Shown piece by piece: positions 37,588 to 46,823 of a DNA stretch of 64,000 bases. A program made the position numbers and the translations under genes. Position 1 is the stretch's first letter. Every line of letters starts with the position of its first letter. This DNA comes from Bacteroidota bacterium (GTDB taxonomy: Bacteria; Bacteroidota; Bacteroidia; Flavobacteriales; Flavobacteriaceae): contig JBCDBE010000002.1 of NCBI GenBank assembly GCA_039184365.1, positions 20,571-84,570 of the forward strand. The letters run 5' to 3'. Under the pieces are notes generated by a model that was not told the origin of the DNA, ran no database searches, and saw only the letters and a list, made by a program, of their open reading frames with translations.

Positions 37588-39948
37588 TTAATTTTGAGTA
37601 TTTAGAAATTCAAAAAAACGCTGTCTAAACCCATCATTTTTTTCCTTCGTATTTAAAAGAAAGTAATACCCCATAAACCGTTCTAGTTGTAAGGCATTGA
37701 TCAAGAAGTTATACACTGCGTTCGCCCTATCCAACTGGGCATCTAAAAAATTATTTTGGGCGTCCAATAACTGCACAATATTAACGGCTCCCTCTGAATA
37801 GGAAACCCTAGTGAGCTCAAGGGCTTCGGCCGCCGTTTCCTCTGATATTTTTGACAATTGGATATTGGACATTTGGTTGACCAAATTCAATACCCCGTTT
37901 CTAACGTTCACTGCGATACTCAGCTCCAAATTATCCTTGTTGATTTCCAATTGATCTTTTTGGATAAGGGCAGTCTGCCTATTGATATTGTTCAAATTTT
38001 GGTTAATAATTGGAATTGATATACTTGCTCCTGCGGAGTACGAATTATCCACCAAACCAAATCCCAGACCCTCCGGAACCGTGCTCCCTGCCCCTGAACG
38101 ATTAAAGATAGAATTGTACTGTCCTTGCAGTGAAACAGTGGGCAGAAACCGGCCATAGCCGTTTAGCCGAATATTTCGGTCAGTCGCCGCAAGGTTATAT
38201 CCCAATGACCGAAGTTCAGGCGCATTGTTATAGGCCTCTTGAATTAAAAAATTGGTGAAAGACTCCCGCAAGCTAGGATTATCCAACAAACCGAACAATT
38301 CATCATACTTGTATTCCTCAAAAACACCTTCATCCATTTGAACATCGGCAACGTCAATTTCCAAATTGATTGGGTTGTTCAAAACCTGATTTAGGAATAA
38401 AAAACCCTGCTCCAATTCGTTGATGGCCTCAACCATAGACTGCGTATTTTGCGCCATTTCACTTCTAAAGCGAAGCATATCGGACTTTCCGGACTGACCC
38501 GCTTCAAAATTCTGTTCAGATATTTCTAGATTCGTTTTGGTCAAGTCCACATTGCGCACCTGTATTTGGGTATTTGCCTTTAAAATCAAAACATTGAAAT
38601 AGGCGTTCGCTGCATCGAAGATCAAGTCCAATTGGGAGGCATTAAAATCTTCTTGTTCAGCTTTCTGTAAGTTTTTTTGAATGGCTATGTCGGCATTTAC
38701 CGCTTCTGAAAAAATGGTTTGGTTGAGTGATACGTTTCCCTCGGTGGAGAATTCCGGACTTTGTCCATTACTAACTTCAGCCAAGTCGGGATCTACATAG
38801 GTTGCCGAACCAGAGGCCGTGAGGGATGGCAAATAATTGCTAGTGGCCGTTTTTATATCTTGTGAGGCCAAGTCCACATCCCTTTGGCTGGACTGAAGGG
38901 ATAAATTTTGTTCTAGCGCTTGATTGATTACAGAAAGTAAGTCATATTCTTTTTCGGACAACACATTCCTGAACTCTCCAACAAAATCGGTTTCTCCAAT
39001 CAAACTGTATTTAATGGGAAATCCAATGGCCTCCGAAGTATTGTAGTTAATGGTCAACCTGGGGTTATAATCAATATATATGGGCAATTCAGCCATTGGC
39101 GTACCGGTGACATAAGCTTCAATATTTAATGCGATGCGCCTAAAAAACTGGTCTAAGTTCTCTTCGGCCTGTAGAGTGGCCAAAAAACCCATCTTTACAT
39201 CAGCGGGGCCATTAACCGTAAACGATGGTATTTTGCGTTCAAGAAGTTCTTGAATCAGAGCTTCTTTTTCTTCGGCTGTCATAAAAAATCCGCCAGCAAT
39301 GTATAAGGCATCCATTCCTTCAAGGTTTGAGACAATATCGCTTACAGACTCAAAAGGTATCAATTGATAATTGGCATTTAGTGTAGCCAACTCAGCATCA
39401 AAAATTTCCTTAAGCGGCAAAATTTGGGTAATTGGCGCATCCACGGCAATTCCCAAGTTTTTAAAATTACTGAGCTCTTTAAATCGGTTTAAATCATCTT
39501 GGTAGGATTCCGATTCGATCAGATAGGTGAAGTTTTCTATTCCAGAACTGGTTTTTGACAAATCCAGTTGTTGCACGTCCCTATTCACTGCTCCAAACAA
39601 TATTGTAGGCTTTTTATGAACTGAGAGCGGACTAATAACTTCATTATTGAATACCCCAAACGCCAGGATGATATCGATATCGTCAGCCAAAAGTTGGTTG
39701 TAGTTGGTGCGCGCCTTTTCCAAATCAAAATTATTCGCTAAAATGGCATCATCTGGAAATTCGATAATGGCATCTTCCCCAACAACGGCTTTTACTTCGT
39801 TTTTTAGTTTATCAATTAAGGGGGATAGTTCTGGATTTATCTTGTCTAACAAGATTCCCAAATTGTACGTTTGTTTATCCTGGGCAAGGCAATGGGATAC
39901 ACACCCTAGCCATAATAGGAGAAAAACAATTGTTTTAATGGAGTTCAT
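37588..39948 (-). CDS. TolC-family outer-membrane efflux protein with N-terminal substrate-binding-protein-like domain
   Basis: C-terminal two OEP repeats (ALEQNLSL...YLPSL, AYNNAPEL...FLPTV, YSEGAVNIVQLLDAQ). About 330 extra N-terminal residues with alpha/beta periplasmic-binding-protein character (INYNTSEAIG). Confidence 0.85.
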   Translation of the reverse strand: MNSIKTIVFLLLWLGCVSHCLAQDKQTYNLGILLDKINPELSPLIDKLKNEVKAVVGEDAIIEFPDDAILANNFDLEKARTNYNQLLADDIDIILAFGVFNNEVISPLSVHKKPTILFGAVNRDVQQLDLSKTSSGIENFTYLIESESYQDDLNRFKELSNFKNLGIAVDAPITQILPLKEIFDAELATLNANYQLIPFESVSDIVSNLEGMDALYIAGGFFMTAEEKEALIQELLERKIPSFTVNGPADVKMGFLATLQAEENLDQFFRRIALNIEAYVTGTPMAELPIYIDYNPRLTINYNTSEAIGFPIKYSLIGETDFVGEFRNVLSEKEYDLLSVINQALEQNLSLQSSQRDVDLASQDIKTATSNYLPSLTASGSATYVDPDLAEVSNGQSPEFSTEGNVSLNQTIFSEAVNADIAIQKNLQKAEQEDFNASQLDLIFDAANAYFNVLILKANTQIQVRNVDLTKTNLEISEQNFEAGQSGKSDMLRFRSEMAQNTQSMVEAINELEQGFLFLNQVLNNPINLEIDVADVQMDEGVFEEYKYDELFGLLDNPSLRESFTNFLIQEAYNNAPELRSLGYNLAATDRNIRLNGYGRFLPTVSLQGQYNSIFNRSGAGSTVPEGLGFGLVDNSYSAGASISIPIINQNLNNINRQTALIQKDQLEINKDNLELSIAVNVRNGVLNLVNQMSNIQLSKISEETAAEALELTRVSYSEGAVNIVQLLDAQNNFLDAQLDRANAVYNFLINALQLERFMGYYFLLNTKEKNDGFRQRFFEFLNTQN

Positions 39949-40016
39949 ATAGTGGTTTCTAATTCAATATATCGATTTCGTCACAAGACAATTTTTTTAG
40001 TGTGGTCAAATTAACG

Positions 40017-41273
40017 CTACCCCGTCTCATCAGGATTTAATTTAAGTTTTGTTATTAGCTTTTCAATGGTTAACCCTTGCACCAAAATTGAAAAAATGAC
40101 AATGATGTAGGTGATGACCAAAAAAAGGTCGCGTTCCATCGTTTCCGTCAATCCCAAGGCAAGGGCAATGGAAATGGCTCCCCTTAGCCCTCCCCAAGTC
40201 ATGATCAAATTGGTATTTGGCACAAAATCCAATCGTTTTTGAAATAATTGTACCGGTATGATCAATGAGAGGTAGCGACAGGCCAAAGCCATGGGTATGG
40301 CCAAAATACCTGCATAGATATAGGTGACATTGAATTCCAAGACCAGTATTTCCATTCCTATCAAAACAAAAAGGATGGTATTCAATAGAATATCTATTAG
40401 TTCCCAAAACTTATCCACATAATCTTCGGTTAATTTTGACATGGCCCGCTCCCTGGTTTTATTGCCTCCGACCATAAGTCCGGCAACTACCATGGCCAGC
40501 GGTGCTGAAACATGAAGATGGGTTGCCAATATGGTTCCGGTCATCACCGTGGCAAGCGTTATGATAACCTCAATATTGTAATCGTCAATTTTTTTGAGGA
40601 AATAATAGGTCAACCAACCCAAGGTCAGTCCCAAAAGCAACCCTCCGAATACCTCAACCACAAAGAGTTCAAGAATGCCGGTTAATGAAAAACTGGGCTC
40701 GGAGCCACTGGCCAAACCAAATAGGGTCAAAAAAACAACAACTCCAACCCCGTCATTAAAGAGTGACTCTCCAACTATTTTGATTTCCAACTTTTTTGGC
40801 GCTCCCGCTTTTTTCAAAATTCCCAAAACGGCAATGGGATCCGTGGGAGAAATCAATGCCCCAAACAACAAACAATAAACAAACTGTATTTGAAGTCCTA
40901 GAACCATTAACAAATAAAAAACCCCAGTACCTATTAAAAATGTGGACAACAACACTCCAAAGGTGGCAAATATCAATACAGGCCAACGCTGCTCCTTTAA
41001 CTTATTCAGGTCGGTATGAAGGGCACCCGCAAACAGTAGAAAGCTCAACATAATATCAAGCAAAACTACCTTGAAATCAATTTTTGAAATGATAAACCGT
41101 TCCGCTTTAAGAAGGGTATCGTCATAATAACTTATGGCAAAAACTCCCAAAGTAAACAAAATGGTAATTAGCGTTAACCCAATAGTGTTAGGCAGTTTAA
41201 ACACTCGCGAATTAATGTACCCAAAAACGGCCGAAAGAAATACAAGAATGCTGGTTATGACAAAGTAGTCCAT
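40017..41273 (-). CDS. CPA1-family Na+/H+ antiporter
   Basis: ISPTDPIAV, GESLFNDGVG and WGGLRGAIS motifs. Confidence 0.93.
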   Translation of the reverse strand: MDYFVITSILVFLSAVFGYINSRVFKLPNTIGLTLITILFTLGVFAISYYDDTLLKAERFIISKIDFKVVLLDIMLSFLLFAGALHTDLNKLKEQRWPVLIFATFGVLLSTFLIGTGVFYLLMVLGLQIQFVYCLLFGALISPTDPIAVLGILKKAGAPKKLEIKIVGESLFNDGVGVVVFLTLFGLASGSEPSFSLTGILELFVVEVFGGLLLGLTLGWLTYYFLKKIDDYNIEVIITLATVMTGTILATHLHVSAPLAMVVAGLMVGGNKTRERAMSKLTEDYVDKFWELIDILLNTILFVLIGMEILVLEFNVTYIYAGILAIPMALACRYLSLIIPVQLFQKRLDFVPNTNLIMTWGGLRGAISIALALGLTETMERDLFLVITYIIVIFSILVQGLTIEKLITKLKLNPDETG

Positions 41274-41545
41274 TCTGAATCAATAGAGGGTTGTTCAACT
41301 CCCCAAGGAGGCAAAATAGCAAATATTTAAAGACCTCGGCAAAGAAACGCCCACAAAATGATTTTTGTTTAACCCTGGGAGATGCTATTTGCCAACATCA
41401 AGTATGATGGTCATCATTTTTAAGAAAACAAGGATTGATCACAACGGAAAACAAAAAGCCCAACTTGATATCAAGCTTATTTTGACCAAAAAAGGACTTC
41501 ATTTGCCGAGGTTTGGTATGAATTTCCTTCCAAATTTTACTGAGC

Positions 41546-41572
41546 AAAAAAAATCCCGCTTTCGCGGGATTT
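41546..41572 (-). terminator. intrinsic terminator of tRNA-Gln
   Basis: AAATCCCGC-gaaa-GCGGGATTT stem running into a T-tract on the minus strand, just downstream of the tRNA. Confidence 0.8.
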
Positions 41573-41582
41573 ATAGATTTTG

Positions 41583-41654
41583 TTGGCCTACTAGGACTCG
41601 AACCTAGAATGACTGGACCAAAACCAGTAGTGTTGCCAATTACACCATAGGCCA
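41583..41654 (-). tRNA. tRNA-Gln (anticodon TTG), CCA not encoded
   Basis: TGGCCTA/TAGGCCA acceptor stem, ACTGG-TTTTGGT-CCAGT anticodon arm, GGTTCGAGTCC T-loop. Confidence 0.97.
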
Positions 41655-41683
41655 TTACCAAAAGCATTTCACTTTTGAGCGTG

Positions 41684-41714
41684 CAAATTTAAGACAAACT
41701 TTCAGCTCTCCAAA
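41684..41714 (-). promoter_or_regulatory. sigma-A promoter of tRNA-Gln
   Basis: -7 TAAATTTG (41684-41691) and -33 TTTG (41711-41714), 19-bp spacer. Confidence 0.7.
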
Positions 41715-41821
41715 TTATTTTAACCACATTGCTTCCCCTTTGTGTTAAACCTTTTACTAAAGTAGGGAGCGGTCTATGGTAATTTTGGTAAATTCGCCCC
41801 GATTGCACAACCACGTATCAC

Positions 41822-44800
41822 ATGCTTGCAAAAGACTATGATAAATGGAATACCATTTTAGGGTGGATTTCCTTTACGATTGCACTGACAACCTATCTCC
41901 TTACCGTTGAACCTACTGGAAGCTTCTGGGATGCAGGAGAGTATATTACAACCTCGGCCAAACTTCAGGTAGGTCACCCGCCCGGAGCACCTTTGCTTCA
42001 AATGATTGGAGCCGTTTTTGCCCTATTTGCCTTTGGGGATGCCTTCAAAGTGGCCCTAATGGTGAACATTGTTTCCGTGGTGTCCAGTGCTTTTGCCGTG
42101 CTGTTTACCTTCTGGATCATTACCAACTTAACCCGAAAGTTAATCATCAAAAAATCCAAACTCTCCAACGGCAAAACCATAGCCATTTTTGGAAGCGGAC
42201 TTGTTGGGGCATTGGCATTTACCTATTCTGATAGCTTTTGGTTCAATGCTGTGGAAACCGAGGTGTATGCAATGGCAAGTTTTATCATGGCCCTACTGCT
42301 TTGGTTGGGCCTGAAATGGGTGGACCATTTGGACGATGAACGGGGCAATAAATGGCTTTTACTCATATGTTTTGTCATAGGATTGGTTTTTGGAATACAA
42401 TTTATGGGCTTCCTGGCCATACCTTCCATAGGATTGCTGTATTACTTTAAGAAATACGAGAAAACCACGGTAAAAAACTTTTTGGTGGCCAATATTGTTG
42501 TCATTGGTATTTTGATGTTGGTCTATAAATTTTCATTGACCTATGTACTCCAACTTTTTGGTTGGAGCGAGGTTTTCTTTATCAATGAAGTAGGGCTGCC
42601 CTTTAATTCAGGAACGATTATTATGGGATTGCTCTTTATTGCCATGTTCTATTTTGCGCTTCGCTATACGCGAAAAAATGGTTTTGATACCGGCAATCTC
42701 ATCATTTTGTGTTTTATGTTCCTGATTTTGGGATTCTCCTCTTGGTTGCTATTGCCCATCCGTGCCAATGCAAAAACCGTGGTCAATGAAAACAATCCTG
42801 AAGACGCCCGTTCCCTTTTAGCCTACTATAACCGCGAGCAATATCCTGGCGTGGAGAGCCCTTTCTACGGGGCTTATTATTCAGATTCCTTTGCCCCTCC
42901 CGGAGAGGATATGGATGACAAACCCAAATATGAAAAAGACGGGAAATTAGGCAAATATGTTATTGTTAACAATTACAAAGATGCCCTGCAAGGTCCCAAT
43001 AAAAAACATGTTGGACCATTGCCTCGATTATGGAGCGATCAGCATGCCGAAAACTACATGCGCTACTTTGGCAGATTGGACTTTAGGATAAAACCAGAAT
43101 ACATCTCCAACAATGAACTTCGTGATGCGGTGAACCAATTCAAACAGTTGAACGCCCAAGGTGAAATCGATACAGAACAATACATTCAATTTCTTCGCAG
43201 TTTTTCGGATTATATTGATGTAGAGCCACCCTCCTTAGGAGATAACATAAGGTATCTTTTTGAATTTCAATGGAGCTACATGTACATGCGCTATTTTATG
43301 TGGAATTTTGTGGGTAGGCAGAATGATGTACAAGGCCGCTATGATGAAAATGGACATTGGCTAAGTGGAATAAACTTCTTGGATGGTCTTCGCCTCGGAA
43401 GCCAGGAAAATCTTCCAAGCGATGTTTTGGAAAATAAGGCAAGGAATACCTATTTCTTCCTCCCCTTACTACTTGGAATCATAGGTATTGTATTTCAGAT
43501 TTCCAGAAACCCAAAACAGTTTTGGGCACTTTTTGTATTTTTCATGTTTACGGGTTTTGCCATACAATTTTACACCAATCCTTACATTTTTCAACCTCGG
43601 GAACGGGACTATTCCTTAGTCGGTTCTTTTTTTATTTTCTGCATCTGGATTGGATTTGGGGTTTACGGCCTTTTTGAGGAAGTAAAAAAACTACTCAAAC
43701 CTAAACTTGCCGCGCCCATTACCTCAGCATTATGTTTGTTGGCAGTTCCATTGCTAATGGCTTTCCAGAATTGGGACGATCACGACCGATCAGGGCGAAA
43801 GACTGCACGTTCCACAGCAAAGGCCTACCTAGATTCCTGTCAAGAAGACGCAGGTGCCATATTGTTCACCATTGGCGATAATGATACCTTCCCACTTTGG
43901 TATGCCCAGGAAATAGAAGGACATCGAACCGATGTACGGGTTGTCAACACCAGCCTTTTTGCGACAGATTGGTACATTGACCAAATGAAACGCAAAGCGT
44001 ATCAAAGTGACCCCATACCCTCTCAGCTTACCCATGACAAATATAGCTTTGGAAGTCGTGAAGCTATTTATCACCAGCCCATTACCGAAAGTAGATGGAA
44101 CATCAAAGATTTTATGAATTGGGTAGGGAGCGACAAACCACAGACCAAATTCCGACACCTATTCGATAAACAAGGTAGGGACGTAAGTGATTATCCCTCA
44201 AGCACATTGGAAATCGTTTATTATCCAACCAATAGAATCCGTGTTCCCGTGAACAAAAAGAATGTTTTGGAAAGCGGTTTGGTCAAGGAAAAGGACTCCG
44301 CTCTCATTGTGGATTATATTAATATAGACTTACCTGAAAGTGCATTGACCAAGCAACGGATATTAATGTTGGACATTTTGGCCAATAATGATTGGAAACG
44401 TCCTATTTATTTTTCAGGAGGTAGCTTTGATAATGCGGAGTACATATGGCTGAAGGATTATTTACAATTGGATGGGCTGATCTACAAACTGGTTCCCATC
44501 AAGACAGAAAATCAAAGTCCCTTTGAAATGGGTCGCATTGACACCGATTTGATGTACGACATTGTTCATAAATGGGAATGGGGAAATTCCTCCGATATGG
44601 ATATTTATCACGACCCCCAGACACGCTCACAAGGGCTATCCTTTAGAAGTAATTTGGCAAGATTGAGCGAACAACTGATTGAAGAAGGGAAAATTGAAAA
44701 GGCCAAAGACATCATTGACATGGCCATGACCCATATGCCTTTTGAACGCTTTGGCTTCTACACTTTTGTGGAGCCCTTTTTTGATGGGTACTATAAAGTA

Positions 44801-45154
44801 GGGGAACAACAAAGGGCTAGGGAGCTCTTCGAAAAGCTCAAAAAGGTGTACCAGGAACGTTTGTCCTATTACGCAGGAATCCCTAGGGATGAGCAGTATG
44901 CCAAAATTGAAGATATTTTAACCAACTTGGAGGCCTACCAAAGAGTTGTATTCATTTTATCGGACAATAGGGACTTGGAATTTTCAGAAAAGGAATCCTT
45001 GATTCTAAGAGAATATATTGCGCTGTTCGATGATTTTGTGGATAGCGGTGAGGACTATTATGAAGAATCCATTGGAGGACCTGACCCCGATTTATTGGAT
45101 AGTGTTCCGTTGGATGAAATGCCAGAAACGAAGGATTCCATACCAGTGGAATAA
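41822..45154 (+). CDS. DUF2723 membrane glycosyltransferase (GT-C fold, TMEM260-like)
   Basis: SFWDAGEYI, VGHPPGAP, FWFNAVETEVY, RERDYS and FTIGDNDTFPLWY motifs. Confidence 0.9.
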   Translation: MLAKDYDKWNTILGWISFTIALTTYLLTVEPTGSFWDAGEYITTSAKLQVGHPPGAPLLQMIGAVFALFAFGDAFKVALMVNIVSVVSSAFAVLFTFWIITNLTRKLIIKKSKLSNGKTIAIFGSGLVGALAFTYSDSFWFNAVETEVYAMASFIMALLLWLGLKWVDHLDDERGNKWLLLICFVIGLVFGIQFMGFLAIPSIGLLYYFKKYEKTTVKNFLVANIVVIGILMLVYKFSLTYVLQLFGWSEVFFINEVGLPFNSGTIIMGLLFIAMFYFALRYTRKNGFDTGNLIILCFMFLILGFSSWLLLPIRANAKTVVNENNPEDARSLLAYYNREQYPGVESPFYGAYYSDSFAPPGEDMDDKPKYEKDGKLGKYVIVNNYKDALQGPNKKHVGPLPRLWSDQHAENYMRYFGRLDFRIKPEYISNNELRDAVNQFKQLNAQGEIDTEQYIQFLRSFSDYIDVEPPSLGDNIRYLFEFQWSYMYMRYFMWNFVGRQNDVQGRYDENGHWLSGINFLDGLRLGSQENLPSDVLENKARNTYFFLPLLLGIIGIVFQISRNPKQFWALFVFFMFTGFAIQFYTNPYIFQPRERDYSLVGSFFIFCIWIGFGVYGLFEEVKKLLKPKLAAPITSALCLLAVPLLMAFQNWDDHDRSGRKTARSTAKAYLDSCQEDAGAILFTIGDNDTFPLWYAQEIEGHRTDVRVVNTSLFATDWYIDQMKRKAYQSDPIPSQLTHDKYSFGSREAIYHQPITESRWNIKDFMNWVGSDKPQTKFRHLFDKQGRDVSDYPSSTLEIVYYPTNRIRVPVNKKNVLESGLVKEKDSALIVDYINIDLPESALTKQRILMLDILANNDWKRPIYFSGGSFDNAEYIWLKDYLQLDGLIYKLVPIKTENQSPFEMGRIDTDLMYDIVHKWEWGNSSDMDIYHDPQTRSQGLSFRSNLARLSEQLIEEGKIEKAKDIIDMAMTHMPFERFGFYTFVEPFFDGYYKVGEQQRARELFEKLKKVYQERLSYYAGIPRDEQYAKIEDILTNLEAYQRVVFILSDNRDLEFSEKESLILREYIALFDDFVDSGEDYYEESIGGPDPDLLDSVPLDEMPETKDSIPVE

Positions 45155-45185
45155 GGTAAATGATTCCAATAATGCCAAAGTGTTT

Positions 45186-45482
45186 TCAGGTGTATTCGTT
45201 CAAGATGCCGATTAAGGTGTTGGCATCTTGTTCTCCACTTTGCCTCCAAACCATTTCCCCTTTTTTATAGATCATAAGGGTAGGTAGGCCCTTAATCCGT
45301 AAAGCTTGGGAAAGTTCTTTGTTCTTATCCACATCAATCTTTATCACCTTTCCTTTATCCCCAAGGGCCGAAGCAACATCGCGAAGCACAGGATGCATGG
45401 AAGTGGACTGTTCGTTCCAATCTGCATAAAAATCCAGTAGGACCGGGATTTCTAGGTCAATAAGTTCACCAAATTTAGACAT
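45186..45482 (-). CDS. thioredoxin-fold protein lacking CxxC
   Basis: PVLLDFYADW, KIDVDKN, cis-Pro GLPTL and WRQSG. Start set at ATG 45482. Confidence 0.88.
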   Translation of the reverse strand: MSKFGELIDLEIPVLLDFYADWNEQSTSMHPVLRDVASALGDKGKVIKIDVDKNKELSQALRIKGLPTLMIYKKGEMVWRQSGEQDANTLIGILNEYT

Positions 45483-45570
45483 GGGTTGGGATATTTTCAA
45501 CTCAAATGTAGCAAAATTTGTTAAAGCAATACATGAGGTGAAGGCTTTAGCAGATTGATTTAGGTTAAAT

Positions 45571-46806
45571 TCACGTTAAACCTTTCTTCTTAAGGGTAAT
45601 CACTGAAATTTCGGGCCAAATTCCAAACCGCCCTGGATAGCCAATAAAACCAAACCCTCGATTCACATTGATATATTGCCCTAGCTCTTTATAGATTCCT
45701 GCCCAATATTTATAGCGCCACTTCACCGGGCTCCATTTGATAAGTCCGGGAATTTCCACACCAAACTGCATCCCATGCGTATGCCCACTTAGGGTCAGGT
45801 GAAAATGATAGTCATCATGTATCACTTCATCTTCCCAATGCGAGGGATCGTGGCTCATCAGTATCTTAAAGTCGTCCTCTGCCACACCTTCTTTGGCCTT
45901 TTGCAAATCGCCGGCCTTCTTAAAGCGACCCCTTCCCCAGTTTTCAACGCCCAATAGAGCAATTCGCTCACCATTTCGCTCCAAATACCGATGTTCATCC
46001 AACAACAGATCAAACCCTATTTCCCGTTGTAATTGTTTGAGGTCGTCCAGGTTTTTCACCTTAGCTTCTTTGGAAGGCCATTGGGTATAATCCCCATAGT
46101 CATGGTTGCCCAAAATGGAAAACACCCCGTCCTTAGCTTCCAGCCTGGAGAAAGTGTCAGCCCATGGCCTAAGCTCCTCACATCTATCATTGACAATATC
46201 TCCAGTAAACAAGATCACATCACTATTTTGTTGGTTGACCAAATCCACCCCATAGCTCACCTTTTCTGCGTTATCAAAACTACCGCTATGCACATCGGAA
46301 ATTTGGGTGATTTGGTACCCGTTGAAAGCATCTGGCAAATCATCAAACTCCAGTTCATATTTTAAGACCTGATAGTTGTATTTCCCCTTGTACATGCCGT
46401 ACAACAACGCCCCAAACGGTAGTGCCGCCAGACCGAGTCCTATAGCGCTCAAAAATTTTCTTCTTGAAGGAAAAGAGGATACACTTTCGTCAGATACTCC
46501 TGCAATTTTGTTAAAACCATAGACGGAAAGCCGAACGACGTCTTCCAACAACAAAAAGAACCCCAAAAAAAGCGCCAGGAGAAAAAAAGAGAAGAAGACC
46601 CCTCCAGCTATGGCAGTGCCACCTTGCATGGCCGACCCTGGCACATAGGTAACCAGTTTAAATACCAGATAGCCCCAAACGGCCAAATACGCGATAACAT
46701 AAACTACATGTACGGCCGGACTTTTAAACAAGGTTCTGAACGCTTGAAATCCATAGATGGCCAAAACAATATAAATAACGGATAGAATGACAATAAAACG
46801 GGTCAT
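45571..46806 (-). CDS. membrane-anchored metallophosphoesterase (YkuE-like)
   Basis: SDVH, TGDIVN, GNHD, SHDP and SGHTHG motifs. Confidence 0.93.
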   Translation of the reverse strand: MTRFIVILSVIYIVLAIYGFQAFRTLFKSPAVHVVYVIAYLAVWGYLVFKLVTYVPGSAMQGGTAIAGGVFFSFFLLALFLGFFLLLEDVVRLSVYGFNKIAGVSDESVSSFPSRRKFLSAIGLGLAALPFGALLYGMYKGKYNYQVLKYELEFDDLPDAFNGYQITQISDVHSGSFDNAEKVSYGVDLVNQQNSDVILFTGDIVNDRCEELRPWADTFSRLEAKDGVFSILGNHDYGDYTQWPSKEAKVKNLDDLKQLQREIGFDLLLDEHRYLERNGERIALLGVENWGRGRFKKAGDLQKAKEGVAEDDFKILMSHDPSHWEDEVIHDDYHFHLTLSGHTHGMQFGVEIPGLIKWSPVKWRYKYWAGIYKELGQYINVNRGFGFIGYPGRFGIWPEISVITLKKKGLT

Positions 46807-46823
46807 GATTTAAACTTTTTAAA

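Noticed and set aside
16500-41654. Prophage, ICE or integrative element at tRNA-Gln
   Set aside because: No integrase, relaxase, transposase or phage genes, and no att duplication of the tRNA 3' end was found by eye.
41365-41667. Two small ORFs overlapping tRNA-Gln
   Set aside because: They run through the tRNA and its terminator and show no protein-like features.
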